In this document: one piece after another, positions 9,452-19,708 of the stretch
How the letters are laid out: each line of letters begins with the position of its first letter
Numbering within the stretch: the stretch's first letter is position 1
NCBI GenBank assembly: GCA_964442125.1
Contig: CAYTWO010000006.1
Location: forward strand, 1 to 42,515
Length of the DNA stretch: 42,515 nt
Direction: 5' to 3'
Origin: an uncultured Gemmatimonadota bacterium
GTDB taxonomy: Bacteria; Gemmatimonadota; CAZMKB01; CAZNLH01
Program-made: the position numbers and the translations under genes
Notes under the pieces: model-generated
What the model was told of the DNA's origin: nothing
The model's input: the letters and a program-made list of their open reading frames with translations, nothing else
Database searches by the model: none

Positions 9452-9710
9452 TTTGCCCTCAAACTTCTTTGTTTCCTGCGTCACTCTAATCCTCCTTTTA
9501 CTCGCTCTCCTCAGCCCAGTACGATTCAAACTCCTTCAGATATGGGTTGACTCAGGTTTTGTTTAATAAATACCGCATTGAATTCCTACCTTCGTTTATT
9601 CTATATAGTCAAATCAGAGAGGGAAGCAATCCCCCTACGTATTTTTTCGAAATATCGGTCTCATGTCCCGGCAGGACACCTGGTAGGTATAGTAGAAGAA
9701 GAAATAGTGC

Positions 9711-9739
9711 AGGGAAAAATCGATAGCACGGGCTATCGA
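9711..9739 (-). terminator. intrinsic terminator after the SGNH hydrolase gene
   Basis: The minus-strand RNA reads UCGAUAGC-CCGU-GCUAUCGA followed by UUUUUCCCU. It lies about 20 nt after the stop at 9761. Confidence 0.6.
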
Positions 9740-9760
9740 CAAGATAGCGACACAAACGGC

Positions 9761-10876
9761 TCAAGATCCAAGTTGGGAGAGGAGAGACCCGCTTTCTATT
9801 AAACATCGTCCAATCTCACTCGCTGCCAGGGTATACCCCTCTGGTGTAAGATGCACGTGATCTATAAATAAACCTGCATCCTTATTCGCAAGAAACAATG
9901 GGAGGAGATCGACACACAAAACCCCATGATTCTCACAGAACTCCTTTAACCTTCTCTGGGGCCTATCGGGAGTTGGTATCTCTTCAAGCTGCAATCGTAC
10001 CGGGAAAACCACCAGGACCATCTCAACACCATTGTCATGTAAGAGTGTAGCCATCTTACCCAGCTCTTCTACCCCTACCATCCAACCTTCCTCGATAACC
10101 TCTTTTTCACTATACAGAAGATCTTTGTAATGCGAGTACTCCTGTTCTCGACGAGCCTCTGCCCCTTTCCCACTTTTGATCCTGAGTATAATTGTCCTGA
10201 TATATGGCGAAACAAACCTGACCAAGTGCGACCTGTGGATTGGCTCGAGAATATCTATCCATCTAATGTTCGATCGACTACTCTGTGTAATCCGCTTTCC
10301 AAATCGATTTAAATAGTACCGACTGGCAAGTTGCCAGACATCATTAAGGACAAAGCCAACAATGACAACATCGGGTTCATATGTCATTCCTTTTTTCCGG
10401 AGGAACATTAATTCCTCTCTCGTCGAGTAGGCGTTCACACCTCCATTGATCACCCTGAGTGAGACATCGGGGAGCCTCTCATCGAGATATTTCTGCAAAA
10501 GTTGAGGATATGCCTCTCCTTCCGCTACTCCATGCCCCATTGTAACGGAATCTCCAATCGTCAGGATCCGCTTTTCGCCGCCAGGCTTCTTCAAGGGGAA
10601 ATCCGGGCACCTCAATCCATGTGAATTTATGACATATTCGAACTCAACGTGCGGTTGCGCATCGGTCTGGGTCGGAACCATATGCCAGAGCGTATCGGGA
10701 TCGACAGTATATTCAAACCCCGTTTCACGGGCCGGTTCCTTGGAATCAAGCAGGTATCGGCAGAGTAACTCGAGGGTTGAAAATAAGAGGACGATCAGGA
10801 TCAATGAGAAGCAGATGTTCTTTAGATATGATCCTTTAACAATCAAAGGCTTCCTCCAGGTACTTTCTCGCCGCAC
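9761..10876 (-). CDS. SGNH/GDSL-family hydrolase, membrane anchored
   Basis: N-terminal TM segment. Block I is LTIGDSVTMGHG, and the C-terminal block is DHVHLTPEGY (the catalytic D-x-x-H). Confidence 0.6.
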   Translation of the reverse strand: MRRESTWRKPLIVKGSYLKNICFSLILIVLLFSTLELLCRYLLDSKEPARETGFEYTVDPDTLWHMVPTQTDAQPHVEFEYVINSHGLRCPDFPLKKPGGEKRILTIGDSVTMGHGVAEGEAYPQLLQKYLDERLPDVSLRVINGGVNAYSTREELMFLRKKGMTYEPDVVIVGFVLNDVWQLASRYYLNRFGKRITQSSRSNIRWIDILEPIHRSHLVRFVSPYIRTIILRIKSGKGAEARREQEYSHYKDLLYSEKEVIEEGWMVGVEELGKMATLLHDNGVEMVLVVFPVRLQLEEIPTPDRPQRRLKEFCENHGVLCVDLLPLFLANKDAGLFIDHVHLTPEGYTLAASEIGRCLIESGSLLSQLGS

Positions 10877-11450
10877 GAAAGGCGAGATAACGATGGCTGA
10901 TCCTGTTTTTGAGCGACCGGCTCATTTCTCCGAATGTCTTTCCTGATGGCGGGTAGTAGAAGACCGGATCATAGCCGAAACCTTCCGTTCCCTCTATTTC
11001 AGTAGTAATGATACCCGCAACTTCTCCCCGGAAGAGTTCAAATCCCCCATCCTCGAATACAAGCGCGACCACGCAGACGAAACTGGCTTCCCGCCCCTCC
11101 CATGGTATTCCCTCCATCTGACCTAACAGTTCGGTATTGTTGTCGAAATAGGTGGCACCATCGCCGGCGAAACGTGAGGAGAGGACACCCGGCTTCCCGT
11201 CCAGTGCCTCTACGAAGAGTCCGGAATCATCGGCTATTGCCCAATACCCAGTCGATTCACTGGCAGACCTCGCCTTGAGGAGCGCGTTCTCCTCGAGTGT
11301 CTTTCCTGTCTCTTCCACCTCGGGAGCCAAAGGGAATTCCTCCAACCCGAAGAGTGGAACGGGAAATCCATCGAAAATAGCCCTGATCTCGACCGCCTTG
11401 TCCCGATTCCTGGTAGCGAGGACGATCCTGGGGGGCATTTCAGCCTGCAT
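10836..11450 (-). CDS. rdgB: RdgB/HAM1 non-canonical purine NTP pyrophosphatase
   Basis: IVLATRNRDKAVEI, FGYDPVFY and KNRISHR motifs. It overlaps the rph stop. Confidence 0.85.
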   Translation of the reverse strand: MQAEMPPRIVLATRNRDKAVEIRAIFDGFPVPLFGLEEFPLAPEVEETGKTLEENALLKARSASESTGYWAIADDSGLFVEALDGKPGVLSSRFAGDGATYFDNNTELLGQMEGIPWEGREASFVCVVALVFEDGGFELFRGEVAGIITTEIEGTEGFGYDPVFYYPPSGKTFGEMSRSLKNRISHRYLAFRAARKYLEEAFDC

Positions 11451-12174
11451 CCAAGCTTTCCCTCTGGATCCTTACGATCTCCTTTATTCCCTTCTCACCC
11501 ATTTCCAGAAACGTATCCAGGTCATCACGACTGAAGGCCTCCCCCTCGGCAGTCCCCTGTATCTCCACGAACCTCCCCGATTCGGTCATGACCAGGTTGA
11601 AATCGACATCTGCCCGGGAATCCTCTTCATAGGCGAGGTCGAGGAGCGGGAAATCGGAGATAATTCCGACGCTTACGGCACCAATGAGTTCATTCATCGG
11701 CAACTGCCTGATCATTTTCTCTTCTTTCATCTTATTCATGGCATGGCAGAGGGCAACGGAGGCGCCGTTTATCGACGCGCTTCTTGTCCCACCATCTGAC
11801 TGAAGCACGTCACAGTCGACCCAAACTGTTCTCATCCCCAGGAGACTGAGATCGGTAACCGCCCTGAGCGACCTGCCTATCAGGCGCTGGATCTCGAGGG
11901 TCCTGCCCGAGGTCATCATTCTGTTTCTCTCCCTGATGGACCTGGCTTGACTGCTTCCCGGAAGCATTTCATACTCTGCCGTAAGCCAACCGGAGTTCTT
12001 TCCCCTCAGGAACGGGGGCACTTCCTCCACTATGTTGACCGTACAAAGGACGATTGTCTTCCCCATCGTCACAAGGCAGGAGCTGTAGGGTTTTTCGAGG
12101 TATCCCAGATCAAACGTGATCTTCCTCAGCTCGGAAGGACCTCTACCATCGACGCGTCTCGACTGCTTTTTCAT
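11440..12174 (-). CDS. rph: ribonuclease PH
   Basis: RVDGRGPSELRKI, GWLTAEYEMLPGS and CDVLQSDGGTR motifs. Confidence 0.9.
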   Translation of the reverse strand: MKKQSRRVDGRGPSELRKITFDLGYLEKPYSSCLVTMGKTIVLCTVNIVEEVPPFLRGKNSGWLTAEYEMLPGSSQARSIRERNRMMTSGRTLEIQRLIGRSLRAVTDLSLLGMRTVWVDCDVLQSDGGTRSASINGASVALCHAMNKMKEEKMIRQLPMNELIGAVSVGIISDFPLLDLAYEEDSRADVDFNLVMTESGRFVEIQGTAEGEAFSRDDLDTFLEMGEKGIKEIVRIQRESLDAG

Positions 12175-12252
12175 TAATGGGATTAACCTCTTGATATTTT
12201 ACCTGGATAAAAAGGCTAGTGTCCTGTCATGCAACAACCGACAACCCGTTCC

Positions 12253-12789
12253 TCAGTGGTCCACTTCACCTCTCACCGCAGGACCAGCTTTTTGGACGAC
12301 CAGGCGAATGAAATCGGAGGTGGAATAGCCCGGGAGAAATGGGATGATAACAACCCTGCCACCATCCCCCTCGACGATATCCCTTCCCACCACATCTCCT
12401 GCCTCATAGTCTCCTCCCTTTACCAGGATATCCGGTCTCAATTCACCTATCAGTTGATACGGTGTTTCTTCCTCGAAGATAACGATCCCGTCGACCCATC
12501 TGATAGAAGCCAGAATCTCAGCCCTGTCTTCCTGCGACACGAACGGCCTTCCTTCCCCCTTGAGGCGTCTGACCGATCGATCCGAGTTGAGTCCAAGTAT
12601 CAGGAAATCCCCAAGACAGGAAGCCTGCCTGAGCAGCACCACATGCCCCCTATGGATTACATCAAAACATCCATTCGTGAATACCAGGCGTTTTCCTTCT
12701 CTCCTGGCCTCTCTCCTCAATTCGGCCGCCTCCTGAAGCGTCAGAAGACCCGATACTTCTTTTTTAAGGTTACCGCTCATACAGTGCAC
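12253..12789 (-). CDS. D-beta-D-heptose 1-phosphate adenylyltransferase (RfaE domain II type, stand-alone)
   Basis: Cytidylyltransferase motif FTNGCFDVIHRGH. It overlaps the preceding kinase gene. Confidence 0.8.
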   Translation of the reverse strand: MHCMSGNLKKEVSGLLTLQEAAELRREARREGKRLVFTNGCFDVIHRGHVVLLRQASCLGDFLILGLNSDRSVRRLKGEGRPFVSQEDRAEILASIRWVDGIVIFEEETPYQLIGELRPDILVKGGDYEAGDVVGRDIVEGDGGRVVIIPFLPGYSTSDFIRLVVQKAGPAVRGEVDH

Positions 12790-13801
12790 CGTGTCTCTGC
12801 ATCGCCCTGATTACTTCCTCCTGACTGACCGTGCTCACGCCGCTTCTCTGGATCTCGACGCTGGCGGCATAATTGGCGATGATAGAGCTTTCCAGTATCT
12901 TTCTCCCGGAGGCCAACGCAAGCGTCACGGTACTTATTACCGTATCTCCCGCCCCCGATACATCATAAACCTCGCGGCTGATCGCTGGTATCCTGATGAA
13001 TTTCCCCTCCTCATCGATAAATGACATCCCTTCCTCTCCACAGGTCAGGAGGACAATCTCACTGTCGAGCCTTTCCTTCATTCCCACCATCATCTTCTCG
13101 AGATTTCGACTGTCTGCATCGATGGATCCGAACGCGTATTCCATCTCCCTGATATTCGGTTTGAAAAGAGTCACTCCCTGATATTCGAAAAAATTGTGAA
13201 ATTTCGGATCCACGGCTATAATTTTTCCCGCTTCCTTCGCCATGGAGATCACCGATTTGATGACATTTTGCGGGAGCACACCCTTGTTGTAATCTTGAAG
13301 AAGAAGCGCATCCGAGGACACGATTTCCTTTTCGACGACCCGTAAGAGTTCATCCACCACGTGACCATCTATGTCATGACTCGCCTCCCGATCGACCCTG
13401 ACAACCTGCTGCTTGCTGGCAAGGACCCTTGTCTTTCTTGTCGTGGGACGGGAGTTGTCCACGACCAGGCCGTCGGCACCGGGTCCCATTTCATTCAGCT
13501 TTTTCCTGAGCTCCATCCCCGCCTCATCTTCACCGATAACCCCTACCAGGACAGGAAGCCCCCCCAGCGCAGAGATGTTGCCAGCCACGTTTGCCGCTCC
13601 GCCAAGCATGACTCGTTCACTCGACACTCTCATCACGGGAACAGGGGCTTCCGGGGAAATACGATCCACGGATCCGTTCAGATACACGTCAAGCATGACA
13701 TCTCCGAGGACCAAAACGCGAGTTGACTTGAACTCTTCGAATATCTCCTGAACCTTTTCGAGCGAAATCCAGGGAATTGAATCGTGTGAATCTGATATCA
13801 T
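12770..13801 (-). CDS. D-beta-D-heptose 7-phosphate kinase (RfaE domain I type, PfkB family)
   Basis: VLVLGDVMLDVY, GGAANVAGN and DVSGAGDTV (PfkB signature). Confidence 0.8.
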   Translation of the reverse strand: MISDSHDSIPWISLEKVQEIFEEFKSTRVLVLGDVMLDVYLNGSVDRISPEAPVPVMRVSSERVMLGGAANVAGNISALGGLPVLVGVIGEDEAGMELRKKLNEMGPGADGLVVDNSRPTTRKTRVLASKQQVVRVDREASHDIDGHVVDELLRVVEKEIVSSDALLLQDYNKGVLPQNVIKSVISMAKEAGKIIAVDPKFHNFFEYQGVTLFKPNIREMEYAFGSIDADSRNLEKMMVGMKERLDSEIVLLTCGEEGMSFIDEEGKFIRIPAISREVYDVSGAGDTVISTVTLALASGRKILESSIIANYAASVEIQRSGVSTVSQEEVIRAMQRHGALYER

Positions 13802-15288
13802 GGGGTCACCTCAAGAATTGGTTTACCTGCCAGCAGTTCCTTGTAAAGCTCCACATACCTCCCAGCGGAGGATTTCCACGAATAATCTCCTTCCATCCCT
13901 GTCCTCATGATCTCCAACCACTCCTCACTATGTTGAAATGTCTTTAGAGCCCTGTCATAGGCCTTGAGGAAGGAGTCAACCTCATACTCTCGAAAAAGGA
14001 ATCCGTTACGCCTCCCATTTTCATCCTGAATGGTGTCTGCCAATCCTCCGGTTTTTCGCGCGACCGGCACGGTTCCGTACCGCATTGCAATCATCTGTCC
14101 CAGGCCGCACGGCTCATAGTGTGAAGGCATCATGAAAATATCGCTACCTCCGTAAATCATGTGAGCAAGTGTGTTGTCGAAGGCGAAATTTACAAATACC
14201 TTTCCTGGGTAATCCTTTCGAAGTTTTTCGAAGAGGTTCTCGTACCTCTCTTCTCCTATACCAAGGACGACCAACTTGATCTCCTCCTTCATCATCTCGT
14301 CGGCAGCTTCCTCTATCAGGTCGAAGCCCTTCTGCGCAGCAAGTCTTGACACGATCCCAATGACAGGGGTTTCCTCCAGATAGGCCAGGCCGCATTCCGT
14401 CAGCAAAGCCTTCTTCACTCGCTCCTTCTCCACCCGTGAGCCCGTTTGAATGCCCTCCGGCAGGTTGGTATCCATGGAGGGGTTCCACTCTATAACGTCG
14501 ATGCCGTTCAGGACCCCCTTGAGATCCGATGACCGGCTCCTCAATATTCCCTCCATGCCAAACCCGTATTCCTCGGTCTGGATCTCCCTGCTGTACGTTG
14601 GACTGACCGTTGTAATCAGGTCAGAAAAGACTATACCGCCCTTGAGGAAGGAAACCTTTCCATAGAACTCCAGCCCACCTTCGGTAACAATAAGTTCATC
14701 GGGAAGATGTACTTTAGAAATAATTTCCGCCGGAAACGTTCCCTGGTACGCGACATTGTGGACCGTGAAGACCACACGTGTATCTTTGAAAAATGGATCT
14801 CGGCCATAGACCGACTTAAGGAATACGGGGATCAGGGCCGTTTGCCAATCATTGCAGTGAATGATGTCCGGAGGGTATTCATCCTGTCTGACGAGTTCGA
14901 TCACCGCTTTCGAGAAAAATGCAAACCTCTCAGCATTGTCCGCGTACGCAATCCCACCGGCATCATATATCCCTTTTCTGTCGAAAAAATAGGGCTGATC
15001 GATCGACCTGACCGTGACACCAGGTATAGCATTGGATCTAAGAACTCCCGCGCTCATTTCCGTATCACCTATAGGGATCTTCAGGACGATCGGCTCTGAC
15101 AGTAGTGGATACCTGTCCCTGTCGATCCCTCTATAGGCAGGAAGGATAACCGTAACGTCATGACACAAATCCGCCAAAGCGGGGGGAAGGGCCCCTGCCA
15201 CGTCCGCAAGACCTCCCGTCTTTGCCAGCGGGACTACCTCAGACGATACAAAGATGATTTTGAGTCTATCTTTCACTTTCAAAGTCAC
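13798..15288 (-). CDS. glgA: glycogen synthase
   Basis: SSEVVPLAKTGGLADV N-terminal KTGGL motif. Also CNDWQTAL and PSHYEPCGL. Confidence 0.9.
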   Translation of the reverse strand: MTLKVKDRLKIIFVSSEVVPLAKTGGLADVAGALPPALADLCHDVTVILPAYRGIDRDRYPLLSEPIVLKIPIGDTEMSAGVLRSNAIPGVTVRSIDQPYFFDRKGIYDAGGIAYADNAERFAFFSKAVIELVRQDEYPPDIIHCNDWQTALIPVFLKSVYGRDPFFKDTRVVFTVHNVAYQGTFPAEIISKVHLPDELIVTEGGLEFYGKVSFLKGGIVFSDLITTVSPTYSREIQTEEYGFGMEGILRSRSSDLKGVLNGIDVIEWNPSMDTNLPEGIQTGSRVEKERVKKALLTECGLAYLEETPVIGIVSRLAAQKGFDLIEEAADEMMKEEIKLVVLGIGEERYENLFEKLRKDYPGKVFVNFAFDNTLAHMIYGGSDIFMMPSHYEPCGLGQMIAMRYGTVPVARKTGGLADTIQDENGRRNGFLFREYEVDSFLKAYDRALKTFQHSEEWLEIMRTGMEGDYSWKSSAGRYVELYKELLAGKPILEVTP

Positions 15289-15304
15289 CCTTCAGGCAAG
15301 GGGA

Positions 15305-16303
15305 TCAGATATCGAGGTCCCTCATAAACATCGCAGCTTCTTCAGGAGGTGTCGGATTGATGTAAAATCCGGAGCCCCATTCGAAACCTGCAACCTTCGT
15401 CAACTTGGGCATGATCTCGATATGCCAGTGGTAGAAAGAGTAATCGCTATCCTCCAGCGGAGAAGAATGGATTATCAGGTTGTACGGTGGTGAATTAAGA
15501 GACAGGCTTATCCTTCTCAAGGTATCCTTGAGAATCGACGCCAGAGGTTGAATTTCTTCCTCGGTGATTTCGCCAAATTGATAACTGTGCTGTCGTGGGA
15601 TGATCCATGTCTCAAATGGGAACCTCGAAGCGTAAGCTTCCATAGACAGGAAATGATCATTGAAACTTACGATGCGTTCCTGATCGTTCAATTCCTGGTG
15701 TATGATATCGCAGAAAATACAGCGCTCCTTGTAGGCATCATACCTCTGAGATCCCTCGAGCTCCTCCATAACCCTTTTGGGGACGGTTGGTGTGGCAATC
15801 AACTGGCAATGCGTGTGTTCGAGAGATGCCCCGGCTGCCTGGCCATGGTTCTTGAATATGAGGATGTGCTGGAACCTCATGTCTTTCCTGAGATCTGCAA
15901 TCCTCTCCCTGAAGATCTTTATTATTTCGCAAATTTGATCGACAGAGAGGTCGACAAGATCACTCTGATGATCGGGGGTCTCAATTATAACCTCGTGAGC
16001 TCCAACACCGTTCATTCGATCATAAAGACCTACACCCCTTTTGTCCAGGTCTCCTTCGACCTGCAGGACCGGATACTTGTTCGGTACAACCCTTATAGAC
16101 CAGTCCGGCGAGTTGGGTTTTGCTCCATTGGACCGTATCGCTACAATTTCAGGGGGCGTTTTGTCTTCATTGCCAGGACAAAACGGGCAGAATCCCCCCA
16201 TCTTTTTCTCCTCGACCGTCCCGAAATCAGACGGTCGTTTCCCCCGATCTGTAGAAATTATTACCCATCTGCCGACAACTGGATCTTTCCTCAATTCGGG
16301 CAT
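15305..16303 (-). CDS. galT: galactose-1-phosphate uridylyltransferase family (HxHxQ) enzyme
   Basis: RKDPVVGRWVIIS, CPFCPGNE and SLEHTHCQL. Start placed at ATG 16303 because the upstream extension in the ORF track is occupied by the dispersed hairpin repeat. Confidence 0.8.
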   Translation of the reverse strand: MPELRKDPVVGRWVIISTDRGKRPSDFGTVEEKKMGGFCPFCPGNEDKTPPEIVAIRSNGAKPNSPDWSIRVVPNKYPVLQVEGDLDKRGVGLYDRMNGVGAHEVIIETPDHQSDLVDLSVDQICEIIKIFRERIADLRKDMRFQHILIFKNHGQAAGASLEHTHCQLIATPTVPKRVMEELEGSQRYDAYKERCIFCDIIHQELNDQERIVSFNDHFLSMEAYASRFPFETWIIPRQHSYQFGEITEEEIQPLASILKDTLRRISLSLNSPPYNLIIHSSPLEDSDYSFYHWHIEIMPKLTKVAGFEWGSGFYINPTPPEEAAMFMRDLDI

Positions 16304-16325
16304 ACTACACTCCAGATTACTTGAG

Positions 16326-16394
16326 CCTAAGTTGAGCGATTCTTTCACTCGAATTGAATGGACATTTCTTCCCGACAGAATCACTCAAATTAGG
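16326..16394. repeat. dispersed inverted-repeat element, long-loop version (CCTAAGTTGAG-N47-CTCAAATTAGG)
   Basis: The 11-nt arms are the same as at 21610-21638, with one mismatch between arms. It lies in the gap between the CDP-alcohol phosphatidyltransferase and galT genes. Confidence 0.75.
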
Positions 16395-16439
16395 TTGAAC
16401 AATCATACCGGGTCGTTCATATCATCAGTACACAGGGTA

Positions 16440-17039
16440 TCAGACTTTTTCCCAAAACGTTTCTTCCTGTTGTCGGGAATAGAGATGATGATACATTGTA
16501 ATCCCATAACTCGTCGTTGAAACAACGAGGAAAAACAATCCGCCGGCAATTATGTAAGGCATAACCCAATACCATTCGATTGTGTAGGCTATTATCAATA
16601 AAGCCATGAAATGTGTCGTTAATTTGCCCCACTTGTTTGAGGAGAGAACGATATTCCTCTTGCCGATCAATATCATCCCACCCATAAGGACTAAAATATC
16701 ACGAAAAAGAATAATACAAACGAGCCATATCGGGAATCCCCTTAAATCGACCAGGATGATAACCATTGCGGCAATACAGATCTTATCCGCCAAGGGATCC
16801 AATATCTTGCCAAGGCTCGATTCCTCACCCTTCCTTCTGGCAATGAGTCCATCGAGAATATCCGTGATTGCCGCGAGGATCAGGAAACTCAAGGCGATCG
16901 AATCGTTCCGGCTTCCACCTTTCTTCAGGAAGTGATAGATCACCGGGATGAGAAGGATCCTCGAAATCGACATGAAGTTAGAGATCGTCCAGACTCTGAG
17001 CTTATCGATTCGAGTCGACGCTGTCAGTTCACTCTTCAT
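16440..17039 (-). CDS. CDP-alcohol phosphatidyltransferase family protein
   Basis: DILDGLIARRKGEESSLGKILDPLADK matches D-G-x2-A-R-x8-G-x3-D-x3-D. Multiple TM segments. Confidence 0.8.
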   Translation of the reverse strand: MKSELTASTRIDKLRVWTISNFMSISRILLIPVIYHFLKKGGSRNDSIALSFLILAAITDILDGLIARRKGEESSLGKILDPLADKICIAAMVIILVDLRGFPIWLVCIILFRDILVLMGGMILIGKRNIVLSSNKWGKLTTHFMALLIIAYTIEWYWVMPYIIAGGLFFLVVSTTSYGITMYHHLYSRQQEETFWEKV

Positions 17040-17076
17040 CCGATCTTCCTATGTGGTTCTGAGCCGCTTGAACGTG

Positions 17077-18750
17077 TCAGTTAGGGATATTTAAGAGTTC
17101 ATGGGCGTGCTGCCGCGAAACCTCGCTCTTCATATTCCCGCCCATCATCCTGATAATTTCTCTCAGTCTGCCCTCTTTGTCCAGTTCGGTTATCCTGACT
17201 TTCGCTCGATCCCCCTCGACGGATTTTTCGACCGAGATGTGATGGTTAGCTCGGGCGGCTATCTGAGGGAGGTGAGTGATGACAAAGACCTGTCGTCTTT
17301 GGGAAACCGTAAGCAATCTCTCTCCAACCGCATGAGCAACCTGTCCTCCTATCCCTGAATCGACCTCATCAAAGATAAGGGTCTGGACATGATCCTTTTG
17401 TGCCTGCAACGCCCTCAGCGCCAGCATGATCCTGGAGAGTTCCCCGCCTGAAACGACCTGGGAAAGTGGCTTCTCTGTTTCCCCTGGATTGGTGGCTATC
17501 AGGAAAGAGGCTCTCTCCGCTCCCAGGCTGTCGATCTCTCCACCGGGAGCTTTTTCAAAAACAATCCGGAAGGTGGCCTTATCCATTCCCAGCTCTTTCA
17601 AACCACTTGTAACCTCACGCTCCAGTCTCCTTGACCCTTTTGCCCTCAAATCGGACAATTCTGCGGCTCTCTGGACCAATTCTTTTTTCAGTGTTTCATG
17701 TCTTGTTTCCAGTTCTTCTATCCTGACGTCATCGTCTGAAAGAGATTCAAGCTCTACAAAGGCCTTTTCCCGGTAATCCAGGATATCATTGATCGAGGTC
17801 CCATACTTCGCTCTCAGTCTGCGTATAAGCTCTCTTCGCTCCAGGAGCTCATCGAAACGGACTGGATCATAGACCAGCTTTTCAATGTACTCTCTCATCT
17901 TTCCCGACAGTCCTTCGAGCTGGAAATAGCAGTTCTTCGCATGTTCCACCTCCTCCGTCAGCGATGGATCGATCCGCGTTGCCTCATCCAGATCTGACAG
18001 TGAGGCACCGAGTGACTCGATGATCGAACCCTCCTCACGACTCAGCCTGTCGATGACACTGCCATAAAGAGAATGAAGTCGCTGGTAATTCTGCATGATC
18101 TGTATCTCTTGTTCCAACACTTCATCTTCTCCGGGACTGAGATCGGCCTTATCGATCTCATCGACCGAGTACTTCAGGTCACCGATTTTCCTCTCCCTGA
18201 TCTCTCTCCCTTGATGGACACCATGGAGCCTCCTTTCAGTTTCCTTTAGCTCCCTGAAATATCTCCCCACTTCCGCTCTGAGATCGTGAGCGCCAATGTA
18301 GCCATCCAGGAGATCAAGCTGCTTTGTGATTTTCAGGAGAGTCTGATGGAGATGCTGTCCGTGAATATCGCAAAGTAATTCCCCGATCTCGGCCAGGGTC
18401 GAAGAACTCGACATACGACCGTTAAAATAGCAACGACCTGTCCCTGATGCATATATGTCCCTTCTCAAGACCAGTTCGCCGTCCGCAATGTCATAACCCC
18501 TCTCAGTGAGTTTTGACAAAAGTTCATCGTTGATCCGATCCAGCTCGAATAACCCCTCTATTACCGCCTTCTCCGCACCTGACCTTACCTTATTAGTAGA
18601 AGCCCGCTCACCCATAAGTATCGAAATGGCATCTATGACGATCGATTTCCCGGTACCCGTCTCGCCGGTCAGGACATTTAATCCCTCTCTGAACTCGACC
18701 TCGAGATCGTCCAGGATGGCAAAATTTTCGATATGAAGGGCCTTTAACAC
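17077..18750 (-). CDS. recN: DNA repair protein RecN
   Basis: LTGETGTGKS Walker A, a long coiled coil, SGGELSR signature and LIFDEVD. Start moved to GTG 18750, giving a canonical MLKALHIENFAI N-terminus after a GGAAGGAAG SD. It shares 1 nt with the nadK stop. Confidence 0.9.
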   Translation of the reverse strand: MLKALHIENFAILDDLEVEFREGLNVLTGETGTGKSIVIDAISILMGERASTNKVRSGAEKAVIEGLFELDRINDELLSKLTERGYDIADGELVLRRDIYASGTGRCYFNGRMSSSSTLAEIGELLCDIHGQHLHQTLLKITKQLDLLDGYIGAHDLRAEVGRYFRELKETERRLHGVHQGREIRERKIGDLKYSVDEIDKADLSPGEDEVLEQEIQIMQNYQRLHSLYGSVIDRLSREEGSIIESLGASLSDLDEATRIDPSLTEEVEHAKNCYFQLEGLSGKMREYIEKLVYDPVRFDELLERRELIRRLRAKYGTSINDILDYREKAFVELESLSDDDVRIEELETRHETLKKELVQRAAELSDLRAKGSRRLEREVTSGLKELGMDKATFRIVFEKAPGGEIDSLGAERASFLIATNPGETEKPLSQVVSGGELSRIMLALRALQAQKDHVQTLIFDEVDSGIGGQVAHAVGERLLTVSQRRQVFVITHLPQIAARANHHISVEKSVEGDRAKVRITELDKEGRLREIIRMMGGNMKSEVSRQHAHELLNIPN

Positions 18751-19616
18751 TAAGATTCTTCCTTCCGGGCAACCCACTTCAATTTGCTCTGCAGCAGTGA
18801 GAAGAAACTCCGTCCAAAAGGCTTGACAAGACGTATCTGGTACTCTCCGCGTGAAATGACGACCCTCTTCCCAATCCTGAGCGTCTCGCCAACCTGGCCA
18901 TCCACGGTCAACATGACATCTTTGCTTCGCCCTCCGAGATCGATCGTGATGGGCCAGTCATCCTGGATGACGAATGGGCGGACGGCAAGGGTATGCGGGC
19001 AGATCGGTGTGACCAGGATAACTTTCATGGTCGGGAAAATCACGGGACCTCCAGCCGACAGTGAATAAGCGGTCGATCCTGTGGGTGTCGAGGTTATGAT
19101 ACCGTCTGCCTTGAACCTTCCGACTTCCTCATCACGTACAAATACGGTCAGGTCAATAATCCTTGAAAAGGCTCCCTTACTGATGACCACATCGTTCAAG
19201 CCGTATAGAACCCGTTTCTCTCCTGCCTCGGACCGCGCTTCTACTTTGAGTACCATTCTTTCTTCGATTGAAAAATCACCCTCGAGTATTTTATCGAGAC
19301 TCGGAAAGAGCTCAGGGAGTGAAAAGGTCGTGAGAAATCCCAGACCGCCGAGGTTGACCCCGAATATCGGTATCCCCGAATCCCCAACCCTGCGCGCAAC
19401 AGAAAGAAGGGTTCCATCACCGCCAAGCGAGGCCACCATATCGACATCATCGATTTTATCAGTCGAACTGAACGTGGGGTATCTCTCCCCCAACCTACGA
19501 TAAAATTCGCTGTCGACTACAACATCGACTCCCTTCACGTTACACCATTCGAGGAGTTCCTCGACTACCCGTGATATCTTTTTCTGGCTGTAATTAGCAA
19601 TGATTCCAAGTCTCAT
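18750..19616 (-). CDS. nadK: NAD+ kinase
   Basis: GGDGTLL motif, NLGGLGFL and TPTGSTAYSLSAGGP. The MRLGIIAN start at 19616 is preferred; the ORF-track start is 19649. Confidence 0.9.
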   Translation of the reverse strand: MRLGIIANYSQKKISRVVEELLEWCNVKGVDVVVDSEFYRRLGERYPTFSSTDKIDDVDMVASLGGDGTLLSVARRVGDSGIPIFGVNLGGLGFLTTFSLPELFPSLDKILEGDFSIEERMVLKVEARSEAGEKRVLYGLNDVVISKGAFSRIIDLTVFVRDEEVGRFKADGIITSTPTGSTAYSLSAGGPVIFPTMKVILVTPICPHTLAVRPFVIQDDWPITIDLGGRSKDVMLTVDGQVGETLRIGKRVVISRGEYQIRLVKPFGRSFFSLLQSKLKWVARKEES

Positions 19617-19708
19617 CCGTCGTTTTCCCCCATCGAAAAAGGTCAACAACCGGTTGAAACGAGTCGAAGGTGTACACCGACAGGACCCGTGGAAAATAAC
19701 TTTATGAC

